Below are positions 19,262 to 29,247 of a DNA stretch of 64,000 nt, piece after piece. The stretch lies in contig JACRJN010000131.1 in assembly GCA_016235675.1 (NCBI GenBank), forward strand, positions 1,779 to 65,778, given 5' to 3'. A model generated the notes under the pieces. That model made no database searches. It was not told the origin of the DNA and was given only the letters and a program-made list of their open reading frames with translations. Position numbers and translations under genes: made by a program. This stretch comes from Candidatus Schekmanbacteria bacterium (GTDB taxonomy: Bacteria > SZUA-182). Within the stretch, counting starts at the first letter, position 1, and the number at the start of each line of letters is the position of its first letter.

Positions 19262-20287
19262 ATGGCATATCACTTCAGAAATCTGGTTTTCGAGGGCGGC
19301 GGCGTTAAAGGAATAGCTTATGTGGGGGCAATGAAGGTTTTGGAGAGCAAGGGAATTCTGCCGGACATCGTCAGGGTCGGCGGAGCATCGGCAGGGGCGA
19401 TCAATGCCCTGCTTGCCGGTCTGAATTATACACCGACTGAGGTAAAGCAAATCCTGGGCGATCTTGATTTCAAAAATTTCATGGATGATGATTTCGGGGT
19501 GGTGCGCGATACCGATCGTTTGATCTCCGAATTCGGCTGGTACAAGGGCGATTTCTTCCGCAATTGGGCAGCCCGGCTGATCCGGGACAAGACCGGTGAC
19601 AGCGAATCGACTTTTGACAAGGTAGCATCATTAAAGGAGAGCCGAAGGTTTAAGGATATTTATTTTATGGGCGCCAATTTATCGACTGGTTTTTCGGAGG
19701 TGTTTTCCGCTGAGCATACCCCCAAAAAGCGTGTGGCCGACGCTCTGCGGATTTCCATGTCTATCCCCTTGTTTTTCAAGGCTGTTCGGAGTGACAGAGG
19801 CGATGTCTATGTGGACGGCGGGTTGTTGGACAATTATCCGGTAAAGCTTTTCGACCGCCAGAAATATATCGACCAATTCTCGCTCAACACCGATTACTAT
19901 GACGAACACAACAAGCAATTAAAGGCTCAGGGCAGGCAAATAAGCCCTTACGTTTATAATAAAGAGACCTTGGGTTTTCGCCTGGATACCGCCAAGGAAA
20001 TTGCGATATTTCGGAATCAGGCCGAACCGGAGCATAAGAAAATTAAAGATTTTTTCGATTACGCCTGGGGGTTGGTGGATACCATTATGGAAAGCCAGCA
20101 GAGCCAGCATTTGCATGGCGATGATTGGCAACGCAGCGTTTATATCGATAGCCTGGGGGTCAAGACCACCGACTTTAATCTCAGCGACAAGAAAAAGGCA
20201 GAATTGGAAGATTCCGGGAGGAAAGGGGCGGAGATTTATTTTAAGTGGTATGATGATCCGGACAGTACTCCGGTGAATCGCCCGTAA
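19262..20287 (+). CDS. patatin-like phospholipase
   Basis: GGGVKG oxyanion motif and a GASAG serine-lipase motif. The start is placed at MAYHF, downstream of a REP element, rather than at the ORF-table start 19109. Confidence 0.8.
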   Translation: MAYHFRNLVFEGGGVKGIAYVGAMKVLESKGILPDIVRVGGASAGAINALLAGLNYTPTEVKQILGDLDFKNFMDDDFGVVRDTDRLISEFGWYKGDFFRNWAARLIRDKTGDSESTFDKVASLKESRRFKDIYFMGANLSTGFSEVFSAEHTPKKRVADALRISMSIPLFFKAVRSDRGDVYVDGGLLDNYPVKLFDRQKYIDQFSLNTDYYDEHNKQLKAQGRQISPYVYNKETLGFRLDTAKEIAIFRNQAEPEHKKIKDFFDYAWGLVDTIMESQQSQHLHGDDWQRSVYIDSLGVKTTDFNLSDKKKAELEDSGRKGAEIYFKWYDDPDSTPVNRP

Positions 20288-20484
20288 GCTAAAACCGAGA
20301 TACGAGGTACGAGATACGTAGAAAAGCATTTTCGTATCTCGTATCTCGTGCCTCGGTAATTGAGGCACTTTTCTTGCAGTAACATTGCTAACTATAAATT
20401 AACGGTACAGGCTTGTAACGGGGGGCTGGTTTTTTTCGAGCCTCGCAAGCCTGGAAACAGCAAATTTCAAACAGGAGGTTCGGA

Positions 20485-21495
20485 ATGGAAGGACAAACAT
20501 TAAGCTTGGCAGCGCATTTGCGGGACGAGCAAAAAAAGAATCCCAAAATCACCAATGGATTGATTAGTTTGTTGGGCGAGATGGCCTCAGCGTCCAAAGC
20601 TATTTCCCGCGACGTTAACCGGGCGGGATTGGTGGGTATTCTGGGACTGGCCAACAAGGTCAATGTCCAGGGGGAGGAAGTAAAAAAACTGGACGAATAC
20701 TCCAATGAGATCGTCAGAGCGCAGATGAGCAAAAGCGGGCAGGTTTGCATCATGGCCTCGGAGGAAGTCGATAACTCCATGCCGGTCGATGAGGGCTGCG
20801 AAGGCCCGTATACCATTGCCTTCGATCCGCTGGACGGCTCATCCAATATCGACGTGAACGTCAGTATCGGCACCATCTTCTCTATCCATCACAAGATCAG
20901 CCCCGGCACAAAGGGAACCGATGATGATTTGCTGCAACCGGGCAATAAGCAGGTCTGCGCAGGCTACGTACTGTACGGCTCAAGCACCATGCTGGTCTAT
21001 ACCGCGGGCTCTGGTGTACACGGCTTTACCCTGGATCAGGGCGTGGGCGAATTCTATCTGTCCCATCCCAACATGCAGATCAAGCCCAAGGGGGATATTT
21101 ACAGCATCAACGAGGGGAACTACCTCTATTGGGACAAAAACACCCAAAAATATATCGACTACCTGAAGGCCGAAGACAAGGCCACCAAGCGGCCCTATAA
21201 GGCGCGCTATGTCGGATCACTGGTGGCCGATTTCCACCGCACCCTGATCTACGGCGGCTTGTTCCTCTACCCCATGGACTACAAAGACCCGCAAAAGCCC
21301 AAGGGCAAGCTGCGCCTTCTATACGAAGCCGCACCCATGGCCTACGTCGTCCAGCAGGCCGGAGGCTACGCCAGCACCGGTTTTGAAGCGATCCTGGATA
21401 TTAAACCGACCGGACTGCATCAACGGGTGCCGCTAATCATCGGCAGCGTGGAGGATGTGAAGCAGGCGGAGAAATTTATTCAGAGGAAGGCGTAA
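20485..21495 (+). CDS. fbp: fructose-1,6-bisphosphatase class 1
   Basis: 336 aa with conserved FBPase I blocks (DPLDGSSNIDVN, GTIFSI, metal-binding Asp/Glu). Confidence 0.9.
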   Translation: MEGQTLSLAAHLRDEQKKNPKITNGLISLLGEMASASKAISRDVNRAGLVGILGLANKVNVQGEEVKKLDEYSNEIVRAQMSKSGQVCIMASEEVDNSMPVDEGCEGPYTIAFDPLDGSSNIDVNVSIGTIFSIHHKISPGTKGTDDDLLQPGNKQVCAGYVLYGSSTMLVYTAGSGVHGFTLDQGVGEFYLSHPNMQIKPKGDIYSINEGNYLYWDKNTQKYIDYLKAEDKATKRPYKARYVGSLVADFHRTLIYGGLFLYPMDYKDPQKPKGKLRLLYEAAPMAYVVQQAGGYASTGFEAILDIKPTGLHQRVPLIIGSVEDVKQAEKFIQRKA

Positions 21496-21540
21496 GAGTT
21501 CATTGTAAATCTATTAAATTTTTGGTAGAATTGTATTTTA

Positions 21541-21573
21541 AAAGGAGGCGTTGATTGACGCCTCCTTTTATTT
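21541..21573 (+). terminator. rho-independent terminator downstream of fbp
   Basis: An AAAGGAGGCG...CGCCTCCTTT stem followed by TTATTTAT. Confidence 0.55.
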
Positions 21574-21593
21574 ATAGGGGCGAAAATTCTATT

Positions 21594-21813
21594 AAGACGT
21601 AGCGCAGGGCTTTAGCCCCAATACTGTTCCCCTAACGTAGCGCAGACCTTTAGGTCTGCTCCGGAGTGCTCACAAAGCCACCCCATAAGCAGGGATAGAA
21701 GCCCTGCGCTACGTCTTAAGTGAACGGTATTGGCTTTAGCCCTGCTTCCGGACACACATCAAACCCGGTAGCCGGTAGCAGACCTAAAGGTCTGCACTAC
21801 GTTAGGGGAACAG
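21594..21813. repeat. nested family-A REP cluster downstream of fbp
   Basis: Four A-type half sites arranged as two nested inverted pairs with GTTCCCCTAACGTAG outer arms. Confidence 0.8.
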
Positions 21814-21826
21814 TAAAGGGGCGGCT

Positions 21827-22093
21827 ATGACTAAATCAGCTTTATTCTCTTATCTTGAAGGATATAAGCTGGCTGATAAAATCATTAAAAAGGAAAAAAA
21901 ACAGCGGCTTTCTCAAATGACGTTTGAAGAATCCTTGCTTGAGTTTAATAACCTTTGCCTAACCTGGGAATCAGTTTCCAACAAAGAAGGAATGGATAAT
22001 TTGGAAAAGCGAAAAATTACCTTCCTTATCGAACAAAGAGCTCGCTTAGATAAAGCCGGCAGCCGGAAAGTGAAAAATGAATCAATACGCTAA
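21827..22093 (+). CDS. hypothetical protein, possible partner of the downstream nucleotidyltransferase
   Basis: 88 aa overlapping the next ORF by 17 nt. No recognisable family. Confidence 0.35.
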   Translation: MTKSALFSYLEGYKLADKIIKKEKKQRLSQMTFEESLLEFNNLCLTWESVSNKEGMDNLEKRKITFLIEQRARLDKAGSRKVKNESIR

Positions 22094-22652
22094 AGCTATC
22101 GATGAATTGCATGAATTTTTTGACCGGGAGGGAATATCTTATGCCATTATTGGAGGCATTGCTCTACAATATTGGGGAGAGCCTCGTTTTACCAGAGATA
22201 TAGACGTCACCGTTCTGGTTGATTTAGGTAAAGATGAAATAATCCTGCAAAAAATTCTTTCTGTATTCACGCCCCGCATCTCTGATGCCTTGAAATTTGC
22301 CCTGCAAAATCGTGTTTGTTTGGTTAGAAGCCGGGATGGGATCGAAATAGACATTTCTCTGGGTATTCCCGGATACGAAGAGAAAATGATGGGGCGTACG
22401 GTAGAATGTAATCTGGGCGGCAGCTATAATGTTAAGATTTGCTCGGCGGAAGACCTGATCATTCATAAAGCCGTCGCCGGAAGACCGCAGGATTTAGCTG
22501 ATATTGAGAGCATAATAATGCGCCAGGGTGAAAAATTGGATGAAGCATATATCCGTTTTTGGTTGGATGAGTTTTCTCTCTTGCTTGAAACCAAAGAAGT
22601 ATTGGAGCGGTTCGAAAATCCCTGGCGGCGGTTGCTTGGGGAAGATGAATAA
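22077..22652 (+). CDS. nucleotidyltransferase-fold protein (AbiEii/MenT-like toxin-type)
   Basis: The GGIALQYWGEPRFTRDIDV motif (GG-x-AL...R-x-T-x-D-I-D) and the C-terminal AGRPQDLADIESI are characteristic of this nucleotidyltransferase family. Confidence 0.5.
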   Translation: MNQYAKAIDELHEFFDREGISYAIIGGIALQYWGEPRFTRDIDVTVLVDLGKDEIILQKILSVFTPRISDALKFALQNRVCLVRSRDGIEIDISLGIPGYEEKMMGRTVECNLGGSYNVKICSAEDLIIHKAVAGRPQDLADIESIIMRQGEKLDEAYIRFWLDEFSLLLETKEVLERFENPWRRLLGEDE

Positions 22653-22697
22653 TTTGACTAACAAAAATTTTAAATAACAACATAGGAAGTAAAACTA

Positions 22698-23798
22698 ATG
22701 GGTTTAAATTGCGGTATCGTGGGCTTGCCGAATGTGGGCAAGTCCACCATTTTTAATGCACTGACCAGAGCCGGGGCGGAAGTTGCCAATTATCCCTTTT
22801 GCACCATTAACCCCAACGTGGGAGTGGTGGAGGTGCCGGACGAGCGCCTGGACACTCTGGCGCGGATGATGCAGCCCTCCAAGGTAACGCCGACCAACAT
22901 GCAATTTGTGGACATCGCCGGTCTGGTCAAGGGAGCCAGTACCGGCGAGGGTTTGGGCAATCAATTTTTGGGGCATATTCGGGAGGTCAACGCCATCGCT
23001 CATGTGGTGCGCTGTTTCGATGACCCGGATGTAGTGGTATCCAACAGTACCACCCTCGATCCCGGCCAGGATATTGACATTATCCACACCGAATTGATTT
23101 TGTCCGATCTGCAAAACCTGGAGAAGCGTTTATACAAGCAGCAAAAGGCCGCCAAATCGGGCGATGAAAAAGAGCGTCAGACTTTAACCACTTGCAGTAA
23201 AATCAAGATCGGTCTGGAAAAGGGCATTCCGGCGCGACAGTTAAGCCTCTCAGCAGAGGAAACGGTTATCCTAAACGAGCTGCAATTGATGACCGGAAAG
23301 CCGGTGCTTTATGTGCTCAATGTGGGCGAAGACCCGTCTCCCAAGGAACAGCAGCATATCCAGACAGTAACCGAACTGGCGCAAAAAGAAAAAGCTGGGG
23401 TGGTAAGAATCAACGGTAAGCTGGAGGCGGAGTTAAACGAGTTGGAGCCGGAAGAGCGCAAAGCCTTTTTAGCTGAACTGGGATTGCAGACCAGCGGTTT
23501 GGAAAATTTGATTCAGGCCAGCTATAGCCTTTTGAATCTGATTACCTTTTTCACCGGCGCCGCCCGATGTGAATTGCGCGCCTGGACGATCAAACAAGGC
23601 ACCAAATTTCCCCAGGCCGCCGGAACGATCCACACCGATTTCGAACGCGGCTTCATCCGCGGCGAGGTCATCCATTATGAGGACTACGTTAAAGTCGGCT
23701 CGGAAGCCGCCGCCCGCGACAAAGGTATGCTCCATGTGGAAGGCAAGGAATATGTGGTGCAGGATGGGGATATTGTGCATATCCGGTTTAATGTGTAG
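22698..23798 (+). CDS. ychF: ribosome-binding ATPase YchF
   Basis: MGLNCGIVGLPNVGKST G1 motif and a TGS-like C-terminus. 366 aa. Confidence 0.95.
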   Translation: MGLNCGIVGLPNVGKSTIFNALTRAGAEVANYPFCTINPNVGVVEVPDERLDTLARMMQPSKVTPTNMQFVDIAGLVKGASTGEGLGNQFLGHIREVNAIAHVVRCFDDPDVVVSNSTTLDPGQDIDIIHTELILSDLQNLEKRLYKQQKAAKSGDEKERQTLTTCSKIKIGLEKGIPARQLSLSAEETVILNELQLMTGKPVLYVLNVGEDPSPKEQQHIQTVTELAQKEKAGVVRINGKLEAELNELEPEERKAFLAELGLQTSGLENLIQASYSLLNLITFFTGAARCELRAWTIKQGTKFPQAAGTIHTDFERGFIRGEVIHYEDYVKVGSEAAARDKGMLHVEGKEYVVQDGDIVHIRFNV

Positions 23799-23859
23799 CG
23801 TATGTTTTTGTATAGCGCACGGGGTTAGAATCTCTCGTAAGAAACTCGTAATGCTCCCC

Positions 23860-25086
23860 TCACCTGGGACTTAAAGCCATAAGCGCATAGGCCGCATTCA
23901 TGAACGCCCCTGGCATATATGTCTTGTCCGCTATTTGAAGTATGGTACCGCTTTTATCCCAACGGGCAAAACCGGACAGATTATAAATCTCCATCCCATC
24001 TGTTCCGCTGCCGTCGACACGTGCAGCCATCGAAGTATAGTTAGGCGCGCCCACGGCAAAAACCACATCCCGAAAGGTGGCGGCGTATTTTTCCATATCC
24101 TTATCCGGATAATAATCTCCGAATTTTTCCAGAGACATTTCCATCACCATAGTCATGAAATACTCGGCATAATTAATCTTTTGATAACCCTCGTCGTTTC
24201 CCCAGACGTTATGTTTCCAGACAAAAGCCTGCGGTTTGGCAGTATTGGTTTGGACATGCTTTACCAACATATCGGTATAATAGTTGGCTTTTTGTAAATA
24301 TATCTCCTTCCCGGTCATTTTATATAAATAATAGGCGATGCGCGCCAAATTGGAAATCGGATGGGTGAAACGTTTTTCAATCCCGCTCCAGGCCTCGGAA
24401 AGACTCCCTTTTCTCACAGCCCATTTGCCCATAAAATGATTCTGCAAATAATTCAGCCAAAAATCAGCCTGTTGCTGATATTTCGGATTTAAGTGCTTGT
24501 TCAGGTAAAAGGCATAGGTAATCGCCGCTACCCCGCCGTGTGTCATGGCCTCATCCATCGGGTCTTCATCGGTGCAGAAGTAAGGGTAATTGACGTTATA
24601 ACCGCTTTTGGGATAGAATTCCAGTTGCAGCCAGTCTAAAAACCCATCCGTACTGCCGTTGCATTTATCGGCGCCCGGCATGGCGTTGTCCGGCAATCGC
24701 CATTCGTCTTTAAGCAGCGCACGCGCCATATCCATTATCGCCGCCGCTTCATCTAAAAATTTCAAATCCCCGGTCGCCCGCAAGGCCATCATCAGCGCGC
24801 TGACATACTCATTGACCACCCGCATCCGGTAAAGACTGCCGCTTTTGGCATTGTATTCGATATATGATTTTCTATCCGCTATCGATTCCCAAAGGCGGTT
24901 ATACCAAACCCGCATTTGGGGGGATAATTCGTCGGGATTGAATTTGGGATTGCCGTATAAAGGCACAGAGATGACTGTAGCGCTGACCACTTCTTTATTG
25001 GAACTAACCTTGGCTTGCGCCATATTATTGAAGATTAAGATAAAAGTTATAATGTTAAAGAATAATCTTTTTGTCCATGGTTTCAT
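23860..25086 (-). CDS. secreted hypothetical protein at the edge of the polysaccharide locus
   Basis: The start is placed at MKPWTKRLFF (signal peptide) rather than upstream inside a REP element. It is largely alpha-helical, and a polysaccharide lyase or hydrolase role is only a guess. Confidence 0.45.
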   Translation of the reverse strand: MKPWTKRLFFNIITFILIFNNMAQAKVSSNKEVVSATVISVPLYGNPKFNPDELSPQMRVWYNRLWESIADRKSYIEYNAKSGSLYRMRVVNEYVSALMMALRATGDLKFLDEAAAIMDMARALLKDEWRLPDNAMPGADKCNGSTDGFLDWLQLEFYPKSGYNVNYPYFCTDEDPMDEAMTHGGVAAITYAFYLNKHLNPKYQQQADFWLNYLQNHFMGKWAVRKGSLSEAWSGIEKRFTHPISNLARIAYYLYKMTGKEIYLQKANYYTDMLVKHVQTNTAKPQAFVWKHNVWGNDEGYQKINYAEYFMTMVMEMSLEKFGDYYPDKDMEKYAATFRDVVFAVGAPNYTSMAARVDGSGTDGMEIYNLSGFARWDKSGTILQIADKTYMPGAFMNAAYALMALSPR

Positions 25087-25181
25087 AATGCCCCCTTTTA
25101 AAGACTGTGCCGCAATGTAGTTACCTGATTTATCAGGTACGACCCGTGGTACCCGATAAATCGGGTAACTACAATTACCCA

Positions 25182-26936
25182 TCACCCTTTTCTCCAAATA
25201 GCATAATCATTGATGACTAATAAATCAAGCTTTGATTTTAATAAAACGTCAACAGCCTGATCGCTGTTTTCCACAATGGGGTGACCGTGCAAATTAAATG
25301 AGGTATTCAGCACACAGGGAATCCCGGTCTTTTGGTAAAAGCCCTCGACAATCTGATAGAAATCCGGATAGCGCTCTTTGGTCACCGTCTCAGCACGGGC
25401 GGTAAAATCGGACTGATGCAGGGCGCAGGCGATACTCTCCCTTTGGTCTTCCACGGTTTCGAAGGCAAACATCATATACGGCGATCCTTGAGATTTTAAA
25501 GCGTTGGGAATCCTGATCAATTGCCCGGCTTTGTCCCATAACATCGCCGGAGCAAAGGGCATCCAGAAATCCCGGTTCTTTATCGCCCGGTTGATTTTGC
25601 CCACCACATTTAAATTGGAAGGGTTAGCCAGAATGGATCGATTTCCCAGCGCTCTTGCGCCGAATTCCATCGGCCCGGAACAGCGCGCCACAATCTTGCC
25701 GGCAACCAATTGCCCGACAATGTAAGCGTTGATGTCCTTGATTCGCTCGTATTCGATCTGCCCCCGGTATTTTTCTAAAACCGCGGGCAAATCCCCGCCG
25801 ATAACAGACCCCAGGCAATAGGATTTTAAATTGTCCACCTTTTTTTCTATATGGGTGTTGTACAGATAAAACCCGGCGCCGAACACATTGGATTCATCCC
25901 CGCAGGAAGGGAAAACATCGATGTATTCCACCTCCGGCATCTGAGACAAAAGCATATTGGTCTTGACGTTCATAAAAACACCGCCGCTGCACAGAATTTT
26001 CCCGACCCCGTATTTTTTGATCGCCCCCCGAATCCAGGCGCCGAGAATCTCCTCGGTAAAGGCTTGCAGACCGGCAGCCACATTATCAAAACGCGCCCTT
26101 TTCAAATCATTTAACAAATGGCGCATGAAAATTTCATGATATAACAATTTGGAATTTTCAAAGCGGGTATCGTCGTCGGCCAGTTTGAGAAACTGGCTGA
26201 AATACTTTTTATATTTGTCTTGATGTTTTTTGTCAACATAAGGAGCCAAACCCATTAATTTATATTCATGTTCGTGAGGGGTAAAACCCAGATGATGGGT
26301 CACCGCCGAATACATATTCCCGATCGAATAGCAAGGAGAGCTTGACAACAACTGCAAGTTTCCGCCCTGCCCCAGATACAGCGCGCTGGTATAGCGATCC
26401 CCGCCGCCGTCTAAGGTAAACACCAGGTACTTTTCATCCAGATGCCTGGCCAGTCCGTAATAAGCCGCCGAGGCATGGCACAAATGGTGCTCGACGCGCT
26501 CGATTCTGTCCGGCCTAAACCCCAGGTGCGCCAAATAATCCAAATCTTTTTCTTTGCCGCGGTTAATTTGCTGACGCGAGCGCAGATAGACCCCGAACAG
26601 GAAATCGCTGGACTTGATATTTTTTCTTAGCTCATTGCGTACTCTGGTGATATTGATCGGATTGCCGCAAGCCCGCCGATAATGCCGCTCATAGTTATTG
26701 TAAAAGGTGGTGCGGTTCAGCTCCCGATAAATGGCGTTAGCAATACCGACATATTCCACCTCAGATGGCCGGACGATTCCGTTTTTGATGATATAATCCA
26801 GCGCTTTATAGGGGAAGCCCATCCAGTTTTTGGTTCTAATCAGACGCTCCTCTTCCATACAAAACACCGGTTTGCCGTTCTGAAAAACCCCCAGCGAACT
26901 GCCTAACCCCGAATTTATGGTCACTATTGTGCTCAT
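25182..26936 (-). CDS. carbamoyltransferase (NodU/CmcH family)
   Basis: About 585 aa with an N-terminal Kae1/YgjD-like ASKHA fold (TIVTINSGLGSS...CMEEERL) and a C-terminal carbamoyltransferase domain. ATG at 26936 with a GGAGAAGG RBS. Confidence 0.85.
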   Translation of the reverse strand: MSTIVTINSGLGSSLGVFQNGKPVFCMEEERLIRTKNWMGFPYKALDYIIKNGIVRPSEVEYVGIANAIYRELNRTTFYNNYERHYRRACGNPINITRVRNELRKNIKSSDFLFGVYLRSRQQINRGKEKDLDYLAHLGFRPDRIERVEHHLCHASAAYYGLARHLDEKYLVFTLDGGGDRYTSALYLGQGGNLQLLSSSPCYSIGNMYSAVTHHLGFTPHEHEYKLMGLAPYVDKKHQDKYKKYFSQFLKLADDDTRFENSKLLYHEIFMRHLLNDLKRARFDNVAAGLQAFTEEILGAWIRGAIKKYGVGKILCSGGVFMNVKTNMLLSQMPEVEYIDVFPSCGDESNVFGAGFYLYNTHIEKKVDNLKSYCLGSVIGGDLPAVLEKYRGQIEYERIKDINAYIVGQLVAGKIVARCSGPMEFGARALGNRSILANPSNLNVVGKINRAIKNRDFWMPFAPAMLWDKAGQLIRIPNALKSQGSPYMMFAFETVEDQRESIACALHQSDFTARAETVTKERYPDFYQIVEGFYQKTGIPCVLNTSFNLHGHPIVENSDQAVDVLLKSKLDLLVINDYAIWRKG

Positions 26937-27085
26937 GCCTTCTCCTGACAATAAACCCCACCTTGAATTTCGTAGTCCCAGCCCTTCAGGGCTGATCTTC
27001 CAGGGCTAAAGCCCTGGCACTACGGCTACGGCAGGAATGTTTGGTGGTATCCTGCCTAACCCCGAATTTATGGCCACTATCGTGC

Positions 27086-28216
27086 TCATGCCTTCTCCAA
27101 TACCTGTATATACAACTCTTGGGTAGTTTTCAGCATCTGCCGCAGGGAAAACCGCTCTTCGATAATTCTTCTCCCGCGCTTTCCAAAAGCCTCCGCCAGA
27201 TTCTTATCCGCTAACACCCGGTTAATCGCCGCAACCAGCGGCTCAGGCTGATTGGAGGGGACTAAAAACCCGCTGACACCGTCTTCAACCAATTCAGAGC
27301 AGCCGCCGACGTTAGTTGCGACTACCGGCTTTCGGGCGGCCATCGCCTCCATGATCGCACCCGGCAGACCCTCGGAGATTGAGGTAAGCACCAGAACATC
27401 GAAAACCTGCAAAATCCGGGGGATGTCATCCCGCGTACCCAGAAAGAAAAAACGATCCCTTAGGGAAAAATCCTTCAGCCAGCCGGCCTTGGCGGTCTGA
27501 TCCAAACCCTGGCCGGCCAGGACAAAACAGAGATGCTCTTTTTGAGCGGCTAAAATTTTGGCGGCCTGAATAAATAAGGGAATGTTCTTGGCCACAGCAT
27601 CCCGGCTGATTATTCCCACTACCTGAGAATCCGACGGCAAGCCCAACTGCGCCTTAATTATTCCCCTGTCTTCGGTCAATTTAAACAGGTCTGGATCGAT
27701 CCCGTTAAAAATAGTTATAATCTTGCTTTCATCCAACCCAAGATTATCGACCAGGTAATCCTTTAAATCCAGGGAATTGACCATGACGATCGCTGCTGAA
27801 TTAAGTGCTAGGGTATCGAAAAATTTTCTTAAAGCCGAGGGACTTTTCCGATAGCCCAGCACCGAGGGGATAAAAGCCTTGATGCCCGCAAGCTTACAGG
27901 CAAAATAGCTGTACACGACAGCAATATACAACAGGGCATGAACGATTTGAATTTTTTCTTTTTTAAAGAGCCAGGCCAGTTTAAATAAGCGGATTAAATC
28001 GAAGTTGGATTTTCTTTTAAAGGTATAGACCTTGATCCCCTGCTTCGTCAGCTTTTCCCCGTAAGGGTAATCCTTCTCCGACAGGCAAAACACTGTGGGA
28101 TTAAACCGGGTGCGATCCAGGCGAATCACCATTTCATATAGCTGCTGCTTTTCCGCCCCGCCCCAGGATAACTGCCCGATGACGAGCGCCAGATTTATCG
28201 GTTGATCTATTTGCAT
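27086..28216 (-). CDS. glycosyltransferase family 4
   Basis: 376 aa with a GT-B fold and an EGLPGAIMEAMAARKPVVAT motif (the EX7E region). Confidence 0.8.
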   Translation of the reverse strand: MQIDQPINLALVIGQLSWGGAEKQQLYEMVIRLDRTRFNPTVFCLSEKDYPYGEKLTKQGIKVYTFKRKSNFDLIRLFKLAWLFKKEKIQIVHALLYIAVVYSYFACKLAGIKAFIPSVLGYRKSPSALRKFFDTLALNSAAIVMVNSLDLKDYLVDNLGLDESKIITIFNGIDPDLFKLTEDRGIIKAQLGLPSDSQVVGIISRDAVAKNIPLFIQAAKILAAQKEHLCFVLAGQGLDQTAKAGWLKDFSLRDRFFFLGTRDDIPRILQVFDVLVLTSISEGLPGAIMEAMAARKPVVATNVGGCSELVEDGVSGFLVPSNQPEPLVAAINRVLADKNLAEAFGKRGRRIIEERFSLRQMLKTTQELYIQVLEKA

Positions 28217-28244
28217 GTTTATTTTTTTGTATTTGGTAGCACAG

Positions 28245-28428
28245 GCTTCTAGCCTGTGATATCATTTTCTGGTTGTCATTCCCGAATGACTTTATCGGGA
28301 ATCCAGTTCTAAAGTTCTAATTGCTTGAAAAGCCATATCCCCGATAAAGACATTCGGGGATGACAGAGTGCCTTCTCAACCAGAAAATGATATGACCTGT
28401 GATGCACAGGCTAGAAGCCTGTGCTACC
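28245..28428. repeat. triple-nested palindrome: family-D outer, ATATCATTTTCTGGTTG middle, family-N inner
   Basis: GGTAGCACAGGCTTCTAGCCTGTG...CACAGGCTAGAAGCCTGTGCTACC with a 130-nt interior that is itself two nested inverted repeats. Confidence 0.8.
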
Positions 28429-29062
28429 ATACCACCCTGGCAGGGTTGCCGAATACCGTGGTATTCTCTGCCACATCCTTTAAAACCACCGCTCCGATTC
28501 CAACTTTTGACCAGCGGCCTATAATACGACCGGGAATAATCGCGGCGTTGGCTCCGATGTCGGCGCCTTCCAGAATTTTCACCCGCCCGGTAATATTCGC
28601 TCCGGGAGCGATGGTGCAATAGTCCTCCAACAGGCAATCGTGCCCGATTGTGGCATTCAGGTTGATCGTGATATGATCGCGTATATCGGTTTCACCGGCA
28701 ATGACTACGCCCGCTCCGATAATCACCCCTTTGCCCAATTTTACGCTGGGAGCGATTGTGGCCGCCGGATGCACCGCGTTGATATAATCAATATTGCCGG
28801 CCAATCTTTGTTTGATTTGCTTTTTGACTTCAGGATTGGCGATGGCCAGGATGCAGCTATAAGCTTCCGTTGTCTGATTCAGCCGGTCAATTTTGCCCAA
28901 AACCAGGATTTGGTTGATGATCAGCCCCTGTTTATCGGCCGCGTCATCCACAAACCCCGCCAGTGTAAATTGCGGGTTTAGTTCATTTTGCGCCCGCAAA
29001 ATCTCCCAAACCCCGCGGCCGTGATCCCCTGCGCCGATGATAATTATTTTTTTCATGTGCAT
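28424..29062 (-). CDS. sugar N-acetyltransferase of the PglD/NeuD/WbbJ hexapeptide-repeat family
   Basis: N-terminal Rossmann-like IIGAGDHG segment followed by a left-handed beta-helix of hexapeptide repeats. The start is placed at MHMKK, and the TAG stop comes from the adjacent REP head. Confidence 0.75.
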   Translation of the reverse strand: MHMKKIIIIGAGDHGRGVWEILRAQNELNPQFTLAGFVDDAADKQGLIINQILVLGKIDRLNQTTEAYSCILAIANPEVKKQIKQRLAGNIDYINAVHPAATIAPSVKLGKGVIIGAGVVIAGETDIRDHITINLNATIGHDCLLEDYCTIAPGANITGRVKILEGADIGANAAIIPGRIIGRWSKVGIGAVVLKDVAENTTVFGNPARVVW

Positions 29063-29068
29063 TATCCT

Positions 29069-29247
29069 GTAGGGTGGACACACAGAACGGTAGCACAGGC
29101 ATCTTGCCTGTGATGTGGGCAACGCCCACACAAAAACGGTGCAATGACTGGAAGTTGTTGGGTAAATCGAAAGCTTCCATTCTATGCCGCAACACACAGG
29201 CTGGAAGCCTGTGCTACCCTACCCAATGGTGGGCACAGCCCACCCTA
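29069..29247. repeat. C/D mosaic REP cluster between the acetyltransferase and sugar-transferase genes
   Basis: GTAGGGTGGACAC...GGTAGCACAGGCATCTTGCCTGTG...CACAGGCTGGAAGCCTGTGCTACC...GGTGGGCACAGCCCACCCTAC. Confidence 0.8.
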
